A stretch of DNA of 32,000 nucleotides from Parasynechococcus marenigrum WH 8102. Its GTDB lineage: Bacteria; Cyanobacteriota; Cyanobacteriia; PCC-6307; Cyanobiaceae. Numbering within the stretch: the first letter of the stretch is position 1; every line of letters starts with the position of its first letter. The notes under the pieces were generated by a model. It was not told where the DNA came from, did no database searches, and saw only the letters and a program-made list of their open reading frames with translations. The DNA is taken from positions 690,001 to 722,000 of the forward strand of contig NC_005070.1 in NCBI RefSeq assembly GCF_000195975.1, read 5' to 3'. The position numbers were made by a program, and so were the translations under genes. This document shows positions 1 through 9,246 of the stretch, piece by piece.

Positions 1-723
1 GATGCAGAGGTGATCAATTTGGAGCTCGGTCTGGCGGATCTGGCGCAGATCGAGAAGCGAAGAGAGCGACTGAAGAAGCAGATGCGCACCAGCAAGGAAG
101 CGCAACAGGAAGATGCGGCCCTGGAGCGGATTCAGACCGTGCTGGAGGACGGTGGTGCGGCCCGAAGCGTGGAGTTGGGTGAGGAGGAGGCACTGATGAT
201 CAAGCCCCTGGGCTTGTTGACTGCCAAGCCGATCATCTATGCCACCAATGTGAGCGAAGAAGATCTGGCAGAGGGCAATGCTTTCTGCACTGAGGTGATC
301 AACCTGGCGGCCAACGAGGGTGCGGAAACCGTTCGGATTTCAGCTCAGGTGGAAGCAGAGCTGATTGAGCTTGGTGACGATGAGAGATCCGACTATCTCG
401 AGGGGCTGGGGGTCAGCGAAGGCGGTTTGCAGAGCCTGATTCAGGCGACGTACAGATTGCTTGGGCTGCGCACATACTTCACCACCGGTGAGAAGGAAAC
501 TCGTGCTTGGACGTTTAAAGCCGGCATGACGGCACCGCAAGCCGCTGGTGTGATTCACACCGATTTTGAACGGGGCTTTATCCGCGCTCAGACGATTGGG
601 TGGGAGAAGTTAATAGAAGCTGGATCCTTTGCTGAGGCACGCAACAAGGGATGGCTTCGCAGTGAAGGAAAGGATTATGTGGTGGATGAAGGTGATGTGA
701 TGGAGTTTTTGTTCAACGTTTAA
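1..723 (+). CDS. ychF: Ribosome-binding ATPase YchF, C-terminal ~240 aa (5' end lies outside the window)
   Basis: Frame is open from base 1. Translation contains LLTAKPIIYATNV, RAWTFKAGMTAPQAAGVIHTDFERGFIRA and the C-terminal GKDYVVDEGDVMEFLFNV, which I recognise as YchF/OLA1 helical and TGS-domain signatures. Confidence 0.9.
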   Translation, partial: DAEVINLELGLADLAQIEKRRERLKKQMRTSKEAQQEDAALERIQTVLEDGGAARSVELGEEEALMIKPLGLLTAKPIIYATNVSEEDLAEGNAFCTEVINLAANEGAETVRISAQVEAELIELGDDERSDYLEGLGVSEGGLQSLIQATYRLLGLRTYFTTGEKETRAWTFKAGMTAPQAAGVIHTDFERGFIRAQTIGWEKLIEAGSFAEARNKGWLRSEGKDYVVDEGDVMEFLFNV

Positions 724-780
724 GCTGGTCAAGTTCGATTGTTGATCTAAATTGTTCTTTGTTGTCGCTCGCTTTGCGAT

Positions 781-803
781 TTGATTGAGAACGTTTCAAT
801 CAA
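781..803. promoter_or_regulatory. 23-bp near-palindrome TTGATTGA-N7-TCAATCAA, candidate operator
   Basis: Perfect 8-bp inverted arms (781-788 / 796-803) in an AT-rich spacer (24/60 G+C over 721-780 by hand count). More ATTGA/TCAAT half-sites and a GCGAATC direct repeat (865-871, 881-887) lie nearby. No known regulator motif recognised. Confidence 0.3.
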
Positions 804-937
804 TTCATTCGCTGATGGCGATTGACCAGTCCGGTGATGTGCCATGCAGCATCAATCGTTCGCCGCGAATCAATGGTTTGGCGAATCTGCTCCTAATTTA
901 AGTCGCTTCTTTGGATCTGATGTTGCGTTGCATCACG

Positions 938-1228
938 ATGTTCAGCCTGTTGCCATTGCTGGCGTTTGGCAGCTTGTTCCAGCCCCTGCGAGCTCAGGGA
1001 TTGTTGTTCACACTTCGCTCGGGATCCTTTCTCTCAACGGAGCCCAGTTACGACATCAAGACCCGCTTAGACCTCCAAGCTGGCAATGTTCTGGTTGAGA
1101 GCCCACCCCTTCAAGAACAGGGCGAGTTCTGCCGCTACCGGTTGTTGGATGAAACAGGGCGTTCCTTGGATCCAGACGCAGCCTGGACTCCCTGTTTCAG
1201 CATCGATAGGTTGTTCGTCCGGCCCTGA
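938..1228 (+). CDS. Small secreted hypothetical protein (96 aa)
   Basis: ATG at 938 gives a signal-peptide-like MFSLLPLLAFGSLFQPLRA/QG. Third-position G+C is high by eye and the mature part has two Cys. The ORF-track start at 911 only adds a non-hydrophobic extension. No family recognised. Confidence 0.5.
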   Translation: MFSLLPLLAFGSLFQPLRAQGLLFTLRSGSFLSTEPSYDIKTRLDLQAGNVLVESPPLQEQGEFCRYRLLDETGRSLDPDAAWTPCFSIDRLFVRP

Positions 1229-2436
1229 ACGCCCCCTAGGAAACGGGGCCTTAAACCCTTCACCAAAGGAAGAACGGCCAGGCTGATCGCGGCGACGCCA
1301 ATCCAGAGCGTCAGTCCATGGCCCTGTTGGTCAAGGAGATTGCCTCCCACAACTGGGGCTGCCATGGCGCTGAGGGCGAAGCATTGCGAGAACATCGCCA
1401 TCGCTAACCCGCGATGCTCTGGAGGGGTTTCCTCCACAACGGCTTCCGTTGCCGTTGGAAGGAACGCCGCCTGGGCAAAGGCCATCGGCAGCAGGGCCAC
1501 CATGACCAGCCCAGTCCCCGAGGCGGTTAAGGCTGATAATCCAATCAGGGTGCAACCGGTCGCGAACGACACGAGGCTGAGGCTGAGGCCGAAGCCAACA
1601 CTGCGTTCCGACAGCCAGCGCCCCACCGGCCACTGCAGCAACACCAGAAGTGTCAGCTGGAAAGCGATCAGAGCACTGCTGTGACTTTCGCTGAGACCAG
1701 GACGTTCGAGGCCCCCTTTGACAAGGTCCAGGGGCAGGGCGCTTTGCTGAAGCGACAGGATGCCGGTCGCCACAACACTCACCACCAGAACCGGCAGCAG
1801 GGGGGGGAGCCAGGTCAAGTCCAACTTCCCGGTTGACGACTCCGAATGCGTCCCCTGCGGCATCGGCCGTTCATCCAGAAGCGGTTGAACACTAATCAAG
1901 ATCAGGACGCTGGCCATGCAGATGGCTTCAACGCCGTACACCAGCCGCAACTGGCCAATGCTGGCGGCGATCGTTCCCATGAATGCTCCCATGCCAATTC
2001 CGAGGGCATCTGCGCTGCGGACCAACGCGTAGCCACGTCCAGACGGGAGGTCGCCGCAGTTGAGGGGAACAGCCAGCTCGATAGCCGGCCAGTACAGACC
2101 TGCCGCGGTGCCCAGCAGGGTCTGACCTAGCACGTAGGCGCTGAAGGTGTCGGCCTGAAACAGCATCAGGTCGGCGCTGATGGCAAGCAGTGTTGTGGCG
2201 CGGATCGGCCAGGAGCAGCGCAGCCCGCGATCAAGCAAGGCGCCACTGAGCAATCGAACCACTGTTCCCACCAATGCGGAAACAGCGAGGCCACGACCGA
2301 CCTGACTGGCGGAGAAAGCGATGGCATGGAAGACCAGCGGTGTCATGAAGATGACTCCGCCGGCACCAACCGAGGCCAGCAGCCGGAGACGGGTGACATT
2401 TCGCAGGCCTGGAGGAAACTGGTTCCACCACCGCAA
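1135..2436 (-). CDS. MFS transporter (12-TM type), substrate unknown
   Basis: 433-aa ORF with about 12 hydrophobic spans and an MFS motif-A-like loop (GALLDRGLR). The last ~31 codons overlap the convergent small ORF at 938-1228. Confidence 0.85.
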   Translation of the reverse strand: MRWWNQFPPGLRNVTRLRLLASVGAGGVIFMTPLVFHAIAFSASQVGRGLAVSALVGTVVRLLSGALLDRGLRCSWPIRATTLLAISADLMLFQADTFSAYVLGQTLLGTAAGLYWPAIELAVPLNCGDLPSGRGYALVRSADALGIGMGAFMGTIAASIGQLRLVYGVEAICMASVLILISVQPLLDERPMPQGTHSESSTGKLDLTWLPPLLPVLVVSVVATGILSLQQSALPLDLVKGGLERPGLSESHSSALIAFQLTLLVLLQWPVGRWLSERSVGFGLSLSLVSFATGCTLIGLSALTASGTGLVMVALLPMAFAQAAFLPTATEAVVEETPPEHRGLAMAMFSQCFALSAMAAPVVGGNLLDQQGHGLTLWIGVAAISLAVLPLVKGLRPRFLGGVQGRTNNLSMLKQGVQAASGSKERPVSSNNR

Positions 2437-2447
2437 AGGATCAGGCG

Positions 2448-4052
2448 TTGCTGCGCGGACGCTTCTCAGGACGATGCCTCGTGGCTGGATTGTTAGGCAG
2501 TCTGCTGGCCCTGCAGCTCACACCGTGGCCTGCACGATCAGCTGAACGTCTGGAAGTCAGCATCGATGGCATCGTTCTTCCCCTCGATGTCGACGACCTG
2601 GTTGCCTGGGTGAGTTCGTCAGACGACCCCCGCTCGGAACTCGCGACCTGGATGCAGCTGCTGGACAGCGAAAGCCGTGAGGGGCTGAGTCGTCTCTTAG
2701 TGGCACCGGTGTTGACTAGGCGCAGTTTCGGGCAGCAATTGCTGCGCAGCTGGGCAGCACACCCTCTGTTGGAGGCCCTCGGAGAGCTGATCCGGCTCGA
2801 GGGAGGTGAACCAGTCGATAGTCAGCAGGTGCTGGAAACCCTGGAGCAGCTGTTGGTCAACAGTGCCGAGGTGACCACCCTCGACCTGCTGCAGGCTTTG
2901 CCTGGTCAGCAGTTGAGGCTTGACCTCGATGCTTTGGTGCTGGCGTCCTCGCGTTGGCGGCGGCAGTTGAAGCGTCACCAGGGGTTGCTGCAGGATCTCG
3001 GGCGAGAGGCGTTGCTTTCGAGCTCGCGGGCACCCGAAACCCGCTCCTCCAACTCCTCTCTGGCCTTTCAGCAGAGCCAGCATCCAATCCGCCTGCCCCA
3101 TCGCACCAGGCCCCTTCAAGTGGAGACCTGGGTTCCGGTTGATCAGCGCCGGGACGGACTGTGGCTGGTGTTCATGCCGGGACTAGGGGGAAATCCTGAG
3201 CACTTCCACTGGTTAGCTCGTCGCGTGGCCGGGGCCGGTTGGCCTGTTGCGCTGCTTGAGCATCCAGGCAGTGATGCCGCTGCTGTGCAGGCCCTGCTTC
3301 AGGGGCGACAGCCCTTCGATGGAACACGGGCTCTCGAGCAACGATTGCAAGACCTGGCCGGAGTGCTGCGGGCTCAGAACGACCAGCGTCTTCCGTTGAC
3401 GGGTGAGAGGGTGGTGATTGCAGGCCATTCCCTCGGTGCGCTTACCGCGCTGCTTGCGGCAGGGGCGAAGCCCCAAGAGGGCATTGGCGCCCGTTGCCGT
3501 CGGGCGCTGAAAGACCTCCCCCTGACCAATCTCTCCCGCTTGCTCCAATGTGAGTTGGCGGAGGGCAAGGCACTGCGTTGGGGGGCGGACAGTCTCGAAC
3601 CCGCTGCAGTGGTGGGACTCAACAGCCTTGGGAGCCTTGTCTGGGCACCGGGTCAACCCAGCCGGTGGCCGGTCCCTTTGCTGCTGCTGGGGGGAACGTT
3701 GGATCTGATCACGCCTCCGCTGGATGAACAGCTGGGGGTGTTCTCGGCTCTGGCCAGCCACCCCAGCAGCCGTGTTGTTGTGGTGGAAGGTGCCAGCCAT
3801 TTTTCACCAATCCGCGTCGGTGAACCGATGGCCGTACAGCAGAACGATGATCTGTTCCAGCTGGGCGAGGAGCTCGTGGGCAGGGATCCGATCAGCGTTC
3901 AGGCTGTGATCGGTGTCGAGATCATCGATTTTCTCGAGGCGGTTGCCGCAGGTGCGTCAGGTACGGAGTCGCAACACTTCAGTCGCGGTGAGGTGCGATG
4001 GCATCGGCTCAACCCTGAGACAGCCGCAGATCTTTCCGCTCGGCATCAATAG
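2448..4052 (+). CDS. Secreted alpha/beta hydrolase with DUF1400-like N-terminal module
   Basis: Nucleophile elbow IAGHSLGAL, and a signal-like N-terminus (LVAGLLGSLLALQL...ARSA). The ERLEVSIDGIVLPLDVDDLVAW segment resembles the DUF1400 module that precedes such hydrolases in cyanobacteria. Start is uncertain (TTG 2448 or an in-frame GTG a few codons downstream). Confidence 0.75.
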   Translation: MLRGRFSGRCLVAGLLGSLLALQLTPWPARSAERLEVSIDGIVLPLDVDDLVAWVSSSDDPRSELATWMQLLDSESREGLSRLLVAPVLTRRSFGQQLLRSWAAHPLLEALGELIRLEGGEPVDSQQVLETLEQLLVNSAEVTTLDLLQALPGQQLRLDLDALVLASSRWRRQLKRHQGLLQDLGREALLSSSRAPETRSSNSSLAFQQSQHPIRLPHRTRPLQVETWVPVDQRRDGLWLVFMPGLGGNPEHFHWLARRVAGAGWPVALLEHPGSDAAAVQALLQGRQPFDGTRALEQRLQDLAGVLRAQNDQRLPLTGERVVIAGHSLGALTALLAAGAKPQEGIGARCRRALKDLPLTNLSRLLQCELAEGKALRWGADSLEPAAVVGLNSLGSLVWAPGQPSRWPVPLLLLGGTLDLITPPLDEQLGVFSALASHPSSRVVVVEGASHFSPIRVGEPMAVQQNDDLFQLGEELVGRDPISVQAVIGVEIIDFLEAVAAGASGTESQHFSRGEVRWHRLNPETAADLSARHQ

Positions 4053-5065
4053 CGGATCCTCGGATCCAGAGCCGCCACCAGTAGATCCACGGCCACACTC
4101 ACCAGCACCACCATGGCCGCAATCACAACCACGATGCCTTGAACGACGGGATAGTCGCGCTGGTTGATGGCCTCCTGCAGGCGGAGGGCGATGCCAGGCC
4201 AGGAAAAGGTCACCTCGATCAGCAGGGCTCCGCCGATCAGGGAGGCCACGGTGATGCCGGCAATCGTGAGCACAGGCAGCAGGGCATTGGGAAGCCCATG
4301 GCGCAGCACCACCTGCGTTTCACTCAGCCCTCGGCTGCGGGCCGCCTCGACATAGTCACCGCGCAGGGTGCGCCTGAGGTTGAGGCGCAGCGCCGTTGTG
4401 AAGGTGCCGCTCAGCAGCAGGGCCAGAGTTCCAGCGGGGAGCACAAGGTGCCGGATGGTGCCCCTCAAAGCAGTCCAATCCAGGTCAACCATGCTGTCAA
4501 TCAGATAAAAACCGCTGCCCTGCGGGGGCATCAGGCTGGGGGGAAAGCGGCCTCCTACAGGGAGCCAACCCAGACTGACGGCGAACAGCAGTTGCACCAG
4601 CATCGCCACCCAGAACGGCGGTAGTGCGTAAGTGCCAAGACCGTAAAGACGTCCAGCGAGATCGAGCTTGCCTTCCGGGCGGGCGATACCGCTGAAGCCA
4701 ATGCTGAGGCCAACGATCGCTGCAACAACCAGGGCCACCACACTCAACTCAAGGCTGGCCGGGAGGGTTCGGTTGATGATGTTGCTGACCGGTTCCTGGT
4801 TGATCAACCCCTGTCCGAGGTCGCCTTGGATCAGGCCATGCAGGTAGTGGATGTATTGATCCAGCAATGATTGATCGAGGCCGAGGCGAGCACGCATCGC
4901 AGCCTTGGCGGCCGCAGGAGCACGGCTCCCCAGTACGGCATCCACCGGATCTCCAGGGGCGACTCGCAGCAGCAGGAACACCAGCGTCGCGATCAACCAG
5001 AGCATCACCGGTGCCAGCCCCAGCCGGGTGGCGCTGTACCTCAGCAGTGCGCGAGCGCGTGCCAT
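4046..5065 (-). CDS. ABC transporter permease, DppB/OppB/NikB family
   Basis: 339 aa with 6 predicted TM spans and the conserved loop YVEAARSRGLSETQVVLRHGLPNALLPVLT. Its ATG overlaps the upstream stop as TGATG (5063-5067). Confidence 0.9.
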   Translation of the reverse strand: MARARALLRYSATRLGLAPVMLWLIATLVFLLLRVAPGDPVDAVLGSRAPAAAKAAMRARLGLDQSLLDQYIHYLHGLIQGDLGQGLINQEPVSNIINRTLPASLELSVVALVVAAIVGLSIGFSGIARPEGKLDLAGRLYGLGTYALPPFWVAMLVQLLFAVSLGWLPVGGRFPPSLMPPQGSGFYLIDSMVDLDWTALRGTIRHLVLPAGTLALLLSGTFTTALRLNLRRTLRGDYVEAARSRGLSETQVVLRHGLPNALLPVLTIAGITVASLIGGALLIEVTFSWPGIALRLQEAINQRDYPVVQGIVVVIAAMVVLVSVAVDLLVAALDPRIRY

Positions 5066-6654
5066 CAGGACAACTCCCTCAGCTGTGCCAACAAGAGGTG
5101 GCCGCTGCCATCGAAACGTGGCTGTTCAAGGCTGGTTTGGCTCCAGGCCCGTGGTGCTTCCAGCCACACCGGAATGTAGGCCGCTCCTTTGGCGGTGATT
5201 GTCTCGATGCGCTGCAACTCCCGGTTGCGTTCGGCCCCTCGCAGGCGATCACTCCTGTTCAGCGTCTCCTGCAACCCCTTCGTGCTCCAGAAACTGCCGC
5301 TGATGCTGGCTTCCCCTTCCAGGCAGACGTCGCCCTGGGGGGATGAGCAACTCAGTAGGGGCGTGAGGTAGGCCTCCGGATCGGGGTAACTGCCCCTCCA
5401 GTCGAGCATCACCGCTTTGAAGGCTCCCTCGCCCAGCTGGCGATAAATCGTGGTCGACTCCACGCCGTCGAGCTCCAGGACAAGGCAGTCCGACAGATCC
5501 CGCTTCACCTGTGCCTGCCAGGTGAGGGCCAGCAACTTGTCGGCGGGAACGTTGGAGCGGAAGGTGAGCGGAATCCGCAGGGGTTGGCCTGAACAGAATC
5601 CCGCAGCGTTCAACAACGCCCGGGCCGCTGTCGGGTCGTGAGCAGGCCAGCTGCTGCTGCGAGCACCAGAGATGCTGGGAGGTACAAGTGATCGCAGTGG
5701 TCGCCGCAATCCGTAGCTCACCCGCTCGCTGATCTCCTGGCGGTTGATGCTCAGGGCCAGCGCCTGTCTCAGGAGTGGGTCCTTGAGCGGTGACACGTTG
5801 CTCAGCAACGTGATGTAGCCGATCTCCGTGGCTGGGCCAATGGCTTCCAGTAGCTGGCCCTCCTGAGCTTTTTCATGCAGGGCATGGCGCTGGTCTTCAT
5901 CGATGGAGGGTGAGAGCAGCACGTCTACCTCGCCGCTGCGTAAGGCGCCATAGAGCGCTGTGGAGTTGCTGAGTGTGATCAGATCGAGCCCTGGGTTGGC
6001 GGGAGGTTCGCCCCAGTACTGCTCGAAGGGCTCGAGCCGCTGCTGGTGCTCACTGAAGTCGGTCAGCCGATAAGGACCCGTGCCAACAAAGCGGTCATGG
6101 AGAAAACCGTCGCGATGCTGGGCGTAGGCCGTGGGAGACACAGGTGTGAGGTTCACTGAGGTCAGCAGACCCTCCAGAGAGGTGGAGGGGCGGCTCAGCC
6201 TGAGCACAAGTTGATGGTCTGCGGCGACCTCGACGGACCTGATCCGTCCACCCACCACATAGCTGAGGGTGCCGATCTCCAGAAACCGTCGCAGGCTGAA
6301 GGCCATGGCCTCAGCATCAAACCGAGTTCCGTCGTGGAACAGCACATCCCTGCGCAAAGGGATGGTCACCGTCAGCCCATCGGGGCTGACGATCGGTGAC
6401 GCCTCCGCCAGCCGTGGAATCAACTCTCCGTTGCCATCAAGGCTGTAAAGCGGATCGCCCAGGGCACTGAGCAGCTGGATGGTGTTGACGGTGCTGGCCT
6501 GGGCCGGATCGAGGGAACTGATCTTTCCCGCGGATGCAACTGTCAGACGGTTCCCAGTTGCAATGGGCTGACATCCCAGTTGCGAAAGGCTGAAAAGCGC
6601 GGTGCCGAATGCTACCAACCAGGATCTGGTCAGCTGTCGGTCTGCAATCTTCAA
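5065..6654 (-). CDS. ABC transporter substrate-binding protein, family 5 (peptide/nickel type), probable lipoprotein
   Basis: Long family-5 SBP-like ORF with a lipobox-like FSLSQLGC. I place the start at TTG 6654 (LKIADRQLTRSWLVAFGTALFSLSQLGC) because the ORF-track start at 6756 would overlap the upstream small gene. The stop is firm; the start is uncertain. Confidence 0.8.
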   Translation of the reverse strand: MKIADRQLTRSWLVAFGTALFSLSQLGCQPIATGNRLTVASAGKISSLDPAQASTVNTIQLLSALGDPLYSLDGNGELIPRLAEASPIVSPDGLTVTIPLRRDVLFHDGTRFDAEAMAFSLRRFLEIGTLSYVVGGRIRSVEVAADHQLVLRLSRPSTSLEGLLTSVNLTPVSPTAYAQHRDGFLHDRFVGTGPYRLTDFSEHQQRLEPFEQYWGEPPANPGLDLITLSNSTALYGALRSGEVDVLLSPSIDEDQRHALHEKAQEGQLLEAIGPATEIGYITLLSNVSPLKDPLLRQALALSINRQEISERVSYGLRRPLRSLVPPSISGARSSSWPAHDPTAARALLNAAGFCSGQPLRIPLTFRSNVPADKLLALTWQAQVKRDLSDCLVLELDGVESTTIYRQLGEGAFKAVMLDWRGSYPDPEAYLTPLLSCSSPQGDVCLEGEASISGSFWSTKGLQETLNRSDRLRGAERNRELQRIETITAKGAAYIPVWLEAPRAWSQTSLEQPRFDGSGHLLLAQLRELS

Positions 6655-6680
6655 GACAACCGGGGGCTGACCTTGAATAT

Positions 6681-6935
6681 TTAAAGGCCAACCGCTGAGA
6701 TCTGGTGCAATGACACCTCGAAGACCGGAGATCCCAATTTCGGTTCCATCGGCCAACGACGGACCCAGCAGCGGTCATGCTCACCGTCGACACCAATCAC
6801 CTGGAATGTCCCGGCATCGCTGTACAGGTTGACCTGATCTCCCTGCTGAATCTCCATGACGTCTGAAGGCTCGAGGAGCCTGCAGCCTTGAACAACAGCG
6901 GCAGCGGCGACGTTTGACATGAACACTTCATGCAT
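6681..6935 (-). CDS. Small conserved-looking hypothetical protein (84 aa, or 79 aa from ATG 6920)
   Basis: Compact ORF between hom and the SBP gene on the same strand with a protein-like composition (…MEIQQGDQVNLYSDAGTFQVIGVDGEHDRCWVRRWP…). No family recognised. Confidence 0.5.
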   Translation of the reverse strand: MHEVFMSNVAAAAVVQGCRLLEPSDVMEIQQGDQVNLYSDAGTFQVIGVDGEHDRCWVRRWPMEPKLGSPVFEVSLHQISAVGL

Positions 6936-7007
6936 GAATCAGCGGACGCTGACTCCTTCTGTTGGAGATCTTGACACTGAATGGGCCCCGATGGTGTGGA
7001 TTGGTTC

Positions 7008-8315
7008 TCAGAGACAGCCCAGGTGAGCCGCCAGTCCCGAGACTTCATCGAGAGAAGTGATGGCATCGAGGGCTGCGATCACCTTGCGCTGACTGACTTC
7101 ATGGGTGATCACAACGATTTCTGCGCCGGCCTCACTGGCGTTGAATTGAACAATCGATTGAATGGAAACGCCCGCGTCGCCGAAACGGCCACCCACCTTG
7201 CCGATCACGCCGGGAGCATCTTCCGTGTTGAACCGCACATAGTGGCGCTGCCGGATGTCTCCGCTGTCCGCCAGAACGCACGGTCTCCAGCTGCCTGCCG
7301 CCAACAGCGGGTCCACTGGCCCCTGATCGCCACTGGCCTGGCGGATGCCGGCGATGTTGAGGATGTCGGCCACAACAGCCGATGCCGTTGGTCCGGCCCC
7401 TGCTCCGGGGCCGTAGAACATCACCCGTCCGATGGGGTCCCCCTCCACAAGGATGGCGTTGTTGACGCCATTGACTCCGGCCAGTGGGTGATCGCTGGGT
7501 ACCAGGGTCGGTTGCACTCGCAGGGACAGCGGTAAGGGATCACCCTGGCCAGCAAGGCGTTCGGCAACAGCAAGCAATTTCACGCCATAGCCCAGTTGTC
7601 GCGCGTACTCCACATCACGGCCCTGCAGTGCACTGATGCCAGTCGTGGGGAGGGCATCGCGGTCCACGGTTCCGCCAAAGGCGAGGGCGGACAAGATGGA
7701 GATCTTGTCTGCGGCATCGAGACCATCCACATCGGCCGCAGGGTCGGCTTCCGCATAGCCGAGTCGCTGGGCTTCAGCCAGCACATCGGCGTAGGCAGCC
7801 CCCTCATTCGCCATTCGCGTGAGGATGTAGTTGGTGGTGCCGTTGATGATGCCGCTCACCCGATTGATCCTGTTGCCGCCGAGGGATTGCTTCAGGGGTT
7901 CGATGATCGGGATGCCACCGCCGACTGCCGCTTCAATCAGCACGTAGACCCCTGCTGCTTTGGCAGCGCTGGCAATTTCGGGGCCATGGCGCGCGATCAC
8001 CGCTTTGTTGGCGGTCACCACTGACTTGCCATTGGCGATGGCCTGAAGGATCAAGCTGCGGGCCGGTTCAATGCCACCGATCACCTCCACCACCACATCC
8101 ACATTCGGGTCGTTGACCACCTCGCTGGGATCGGTGGTCAGCACGGCATCGGACAACTCAACCGTGCGAGGGCGGTTGACGTTCCGGACGGCCACACGAA
8201 TCAGGTCCAGATCGGCAACCAAAGGATGACGCTCCTCTGGATTCAACAGAATTTCAGCCACCCCGCCGCCAACGGTGCCCAGCCCCAAAAGACCTACGCC
8301 GATCCGTGCGCCCAT
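7008..8315 (-). CDS. hom: Homoserine dehydrogenase
   Basis: N-terminal Rossmann motif GLLGLGTVGGGV, central homoserine-DH catalytic region (…ANKAVIARHG…, …GIINGTTNYIL…) and a C-terminal ACT-like domain. 435 aa is the typical length. Confidence 0.92.
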   Translation of the reverse strand: MGARIGVGLLGLGTVGGGVAEILLNPEERHPLVADLDLIRVAVRNVNRPRTVELSDAVLTTDPSEVVNDPNVDVVVEVIGGIEPARSLILQAIANGKSVVTANKAVIARHGPEIASAAKAAGVYVLIEAAVGGGIPIIEPLKQSLGGNRINRVSGIINGTTNYILTRMANEGAAYADVLAEAQRLGYAEADPAADVDGLDAADKISILSALAFGGTVDRDALPTTGISALQGRDVEYARQLGYGVKLLAVAERLAGQGDPLPLSLRVQPTLVPSDHPLAGVNGVNNAILVEGDPIGRVMFYGPGAGAGPTASAVVADILNIAGIRQASGDQGPVDPLLAAGSWRPCVLADSGDIRQRHYVRFNTEDAPGVIGKVGGRFGDAGVSIQSIVQFNASEAGAEIVVITHEVSQRKVIAALDAITSLDEVSGLAAHLGCL

Positions 8316-8368
8316 TCCCCGTGAACCGTGTTGGAAGTCTGCAGCGACTCTATGAATCGGCGAGCGTC

Positions 8369-8794
8369 TTATTCGTTCGCAAGGTGCTTTGCCTGGGACT
8401 GCATGGTGCGCAGGATGTTGAGAAATCCGTTTGCCCTGGAGGGGGTGAGGCTGGCCTGAAGGCCGGTGGCAGCGATGAACGCGGGATCCACAGCCTGCAC
8501 CTGCTCAGGGGTGAGGCCATCCAGGCCTTGGATCAACAACGCCAACAGCCCCTTGGTGATGAGGGCATCGGAATCCCCCTGCCAATGCATCACCCCCTGG
8601 TCGAGAACCCCCTGAACAAACACCTGGGACACACAACCCTTCACCTTGATCGCCTCGGTCTGCTGCTCGATGGGAAGAGGCTTCAGCTTCTTGGCCAACC
8701 AGAGAACGTATTCATATCTCCGCTTGGGATCCGGCGTGCCAGCCAGCTTGTCCACCATCCGGTCGAGGGCGTCACTGCCGCTGCTGGTGGCCAT
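8369..8794 (-). CDS. sufE: Cysteine desulfuration (sulfur acceptor) protein SufE
   Basis: 141 aa with the SufE signature around the acceptor Cys (KVKGCVSQVFV) and the C-terminal SRANGFLNIL motif. Confidence 0.88.
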   Translation of the reverse strand: MATSSGSDALDRMVDKLAGTPDPKRRYEYVLWLAKKLKPLPIEQQTEAIKVKGCVSQVFVQGVLDQGVMHWQGDSDALITKGLLALLIQGLDGLTPEQVQAVDPAFIAATGLQASLTPSRANGFLNILRTMQSQAKHLANE

Positions 8795-8802
8795 TGAGGT
8801 GT

Positions 8803-9210
8803 TCAGTCGGATCGACGTCGCACGTTAACGAGCAGCCCCACCAGCATCAGCGAGAGCGGGAGTGATACCACTTGATCAAGATCCACCTGACCGCTGTTCA
8901 CCGGCAGTTCCAGGTAATCCCTGTGGCCAGGACCTCCATCCACCTGCAGGTCCAACACCCCATCAGCCACATCGCTGAGGTCAATCAGCAAGCGGCCACT
9001 GGCATCGGTGCTTCCCAGTTCCCGCTGTGGCGTTCCATCAGGATTCAGCAGTCGAACGACGGCACCTTGGGTGGGCTCACCGTTGGAAAAGCTGCTGCTC
9101 AGTTCAAGGTTGCCTTTGAGGTAGGTCAAAGCGCTCTCGATCTGATGGGCGCCAGCCGGCAGTGCCGACGTGGTGCCCAGCAGCAGAACGGAAGCCAGCA
9201 GACGCAGCAT
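8803..9210 (-). CDS. Secreted beta-sandwich-like hypothetical protein with C-terminal membrane anchor
   Basis: Signal peptide MLRLLASVLLLGTTSALPAGA/HQIE. Central segment (GAVVRLLNPDGTP…TDASGRLLIDL) resembles carboxypeptidase-regulatory/transthyretin-like folds. C-terminal hydrophobic span plus RRRSD. Confidence 0.55.
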   Translation of the reverse strand: MLRLLASVLLLGTTSALPAGAHQIESALTYLKGNLELSSSFSNGEPTQGAVVRLLNPDGTPQRELGSTDASGRLLIDLSDVADGVLDLQVDGGPGHRDYLELPVNSGQVDLDQVVSLPLSLMLVGLLVNVRRRSD

Positions 9211-9246
9211 GGATGGTGTCGAGGGGTGGGCCCATGGTGCGCTGCA

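Noticed and set aside
855-890. Possible glutamine (glnA-type) riboswitch suggested by ATCGTTCGCC
   Set aside because: The other conserved elements I remember (GGAAGUAG and AAGGAACG) are absent downstream.
815-901. 28-aa ORF (MAIDQSGDVPCSINRSPRINGLANLLLI) and the 84-aa ORF at 844-1098 in the ychF-downstream spacer
   Set aside because: Codon bias is weak (about 16/28 GC3) and neither resembles a known small photosynthesis or leader peptide. The 84-aa ORF overlaps the better-supported secreted-protein frame.
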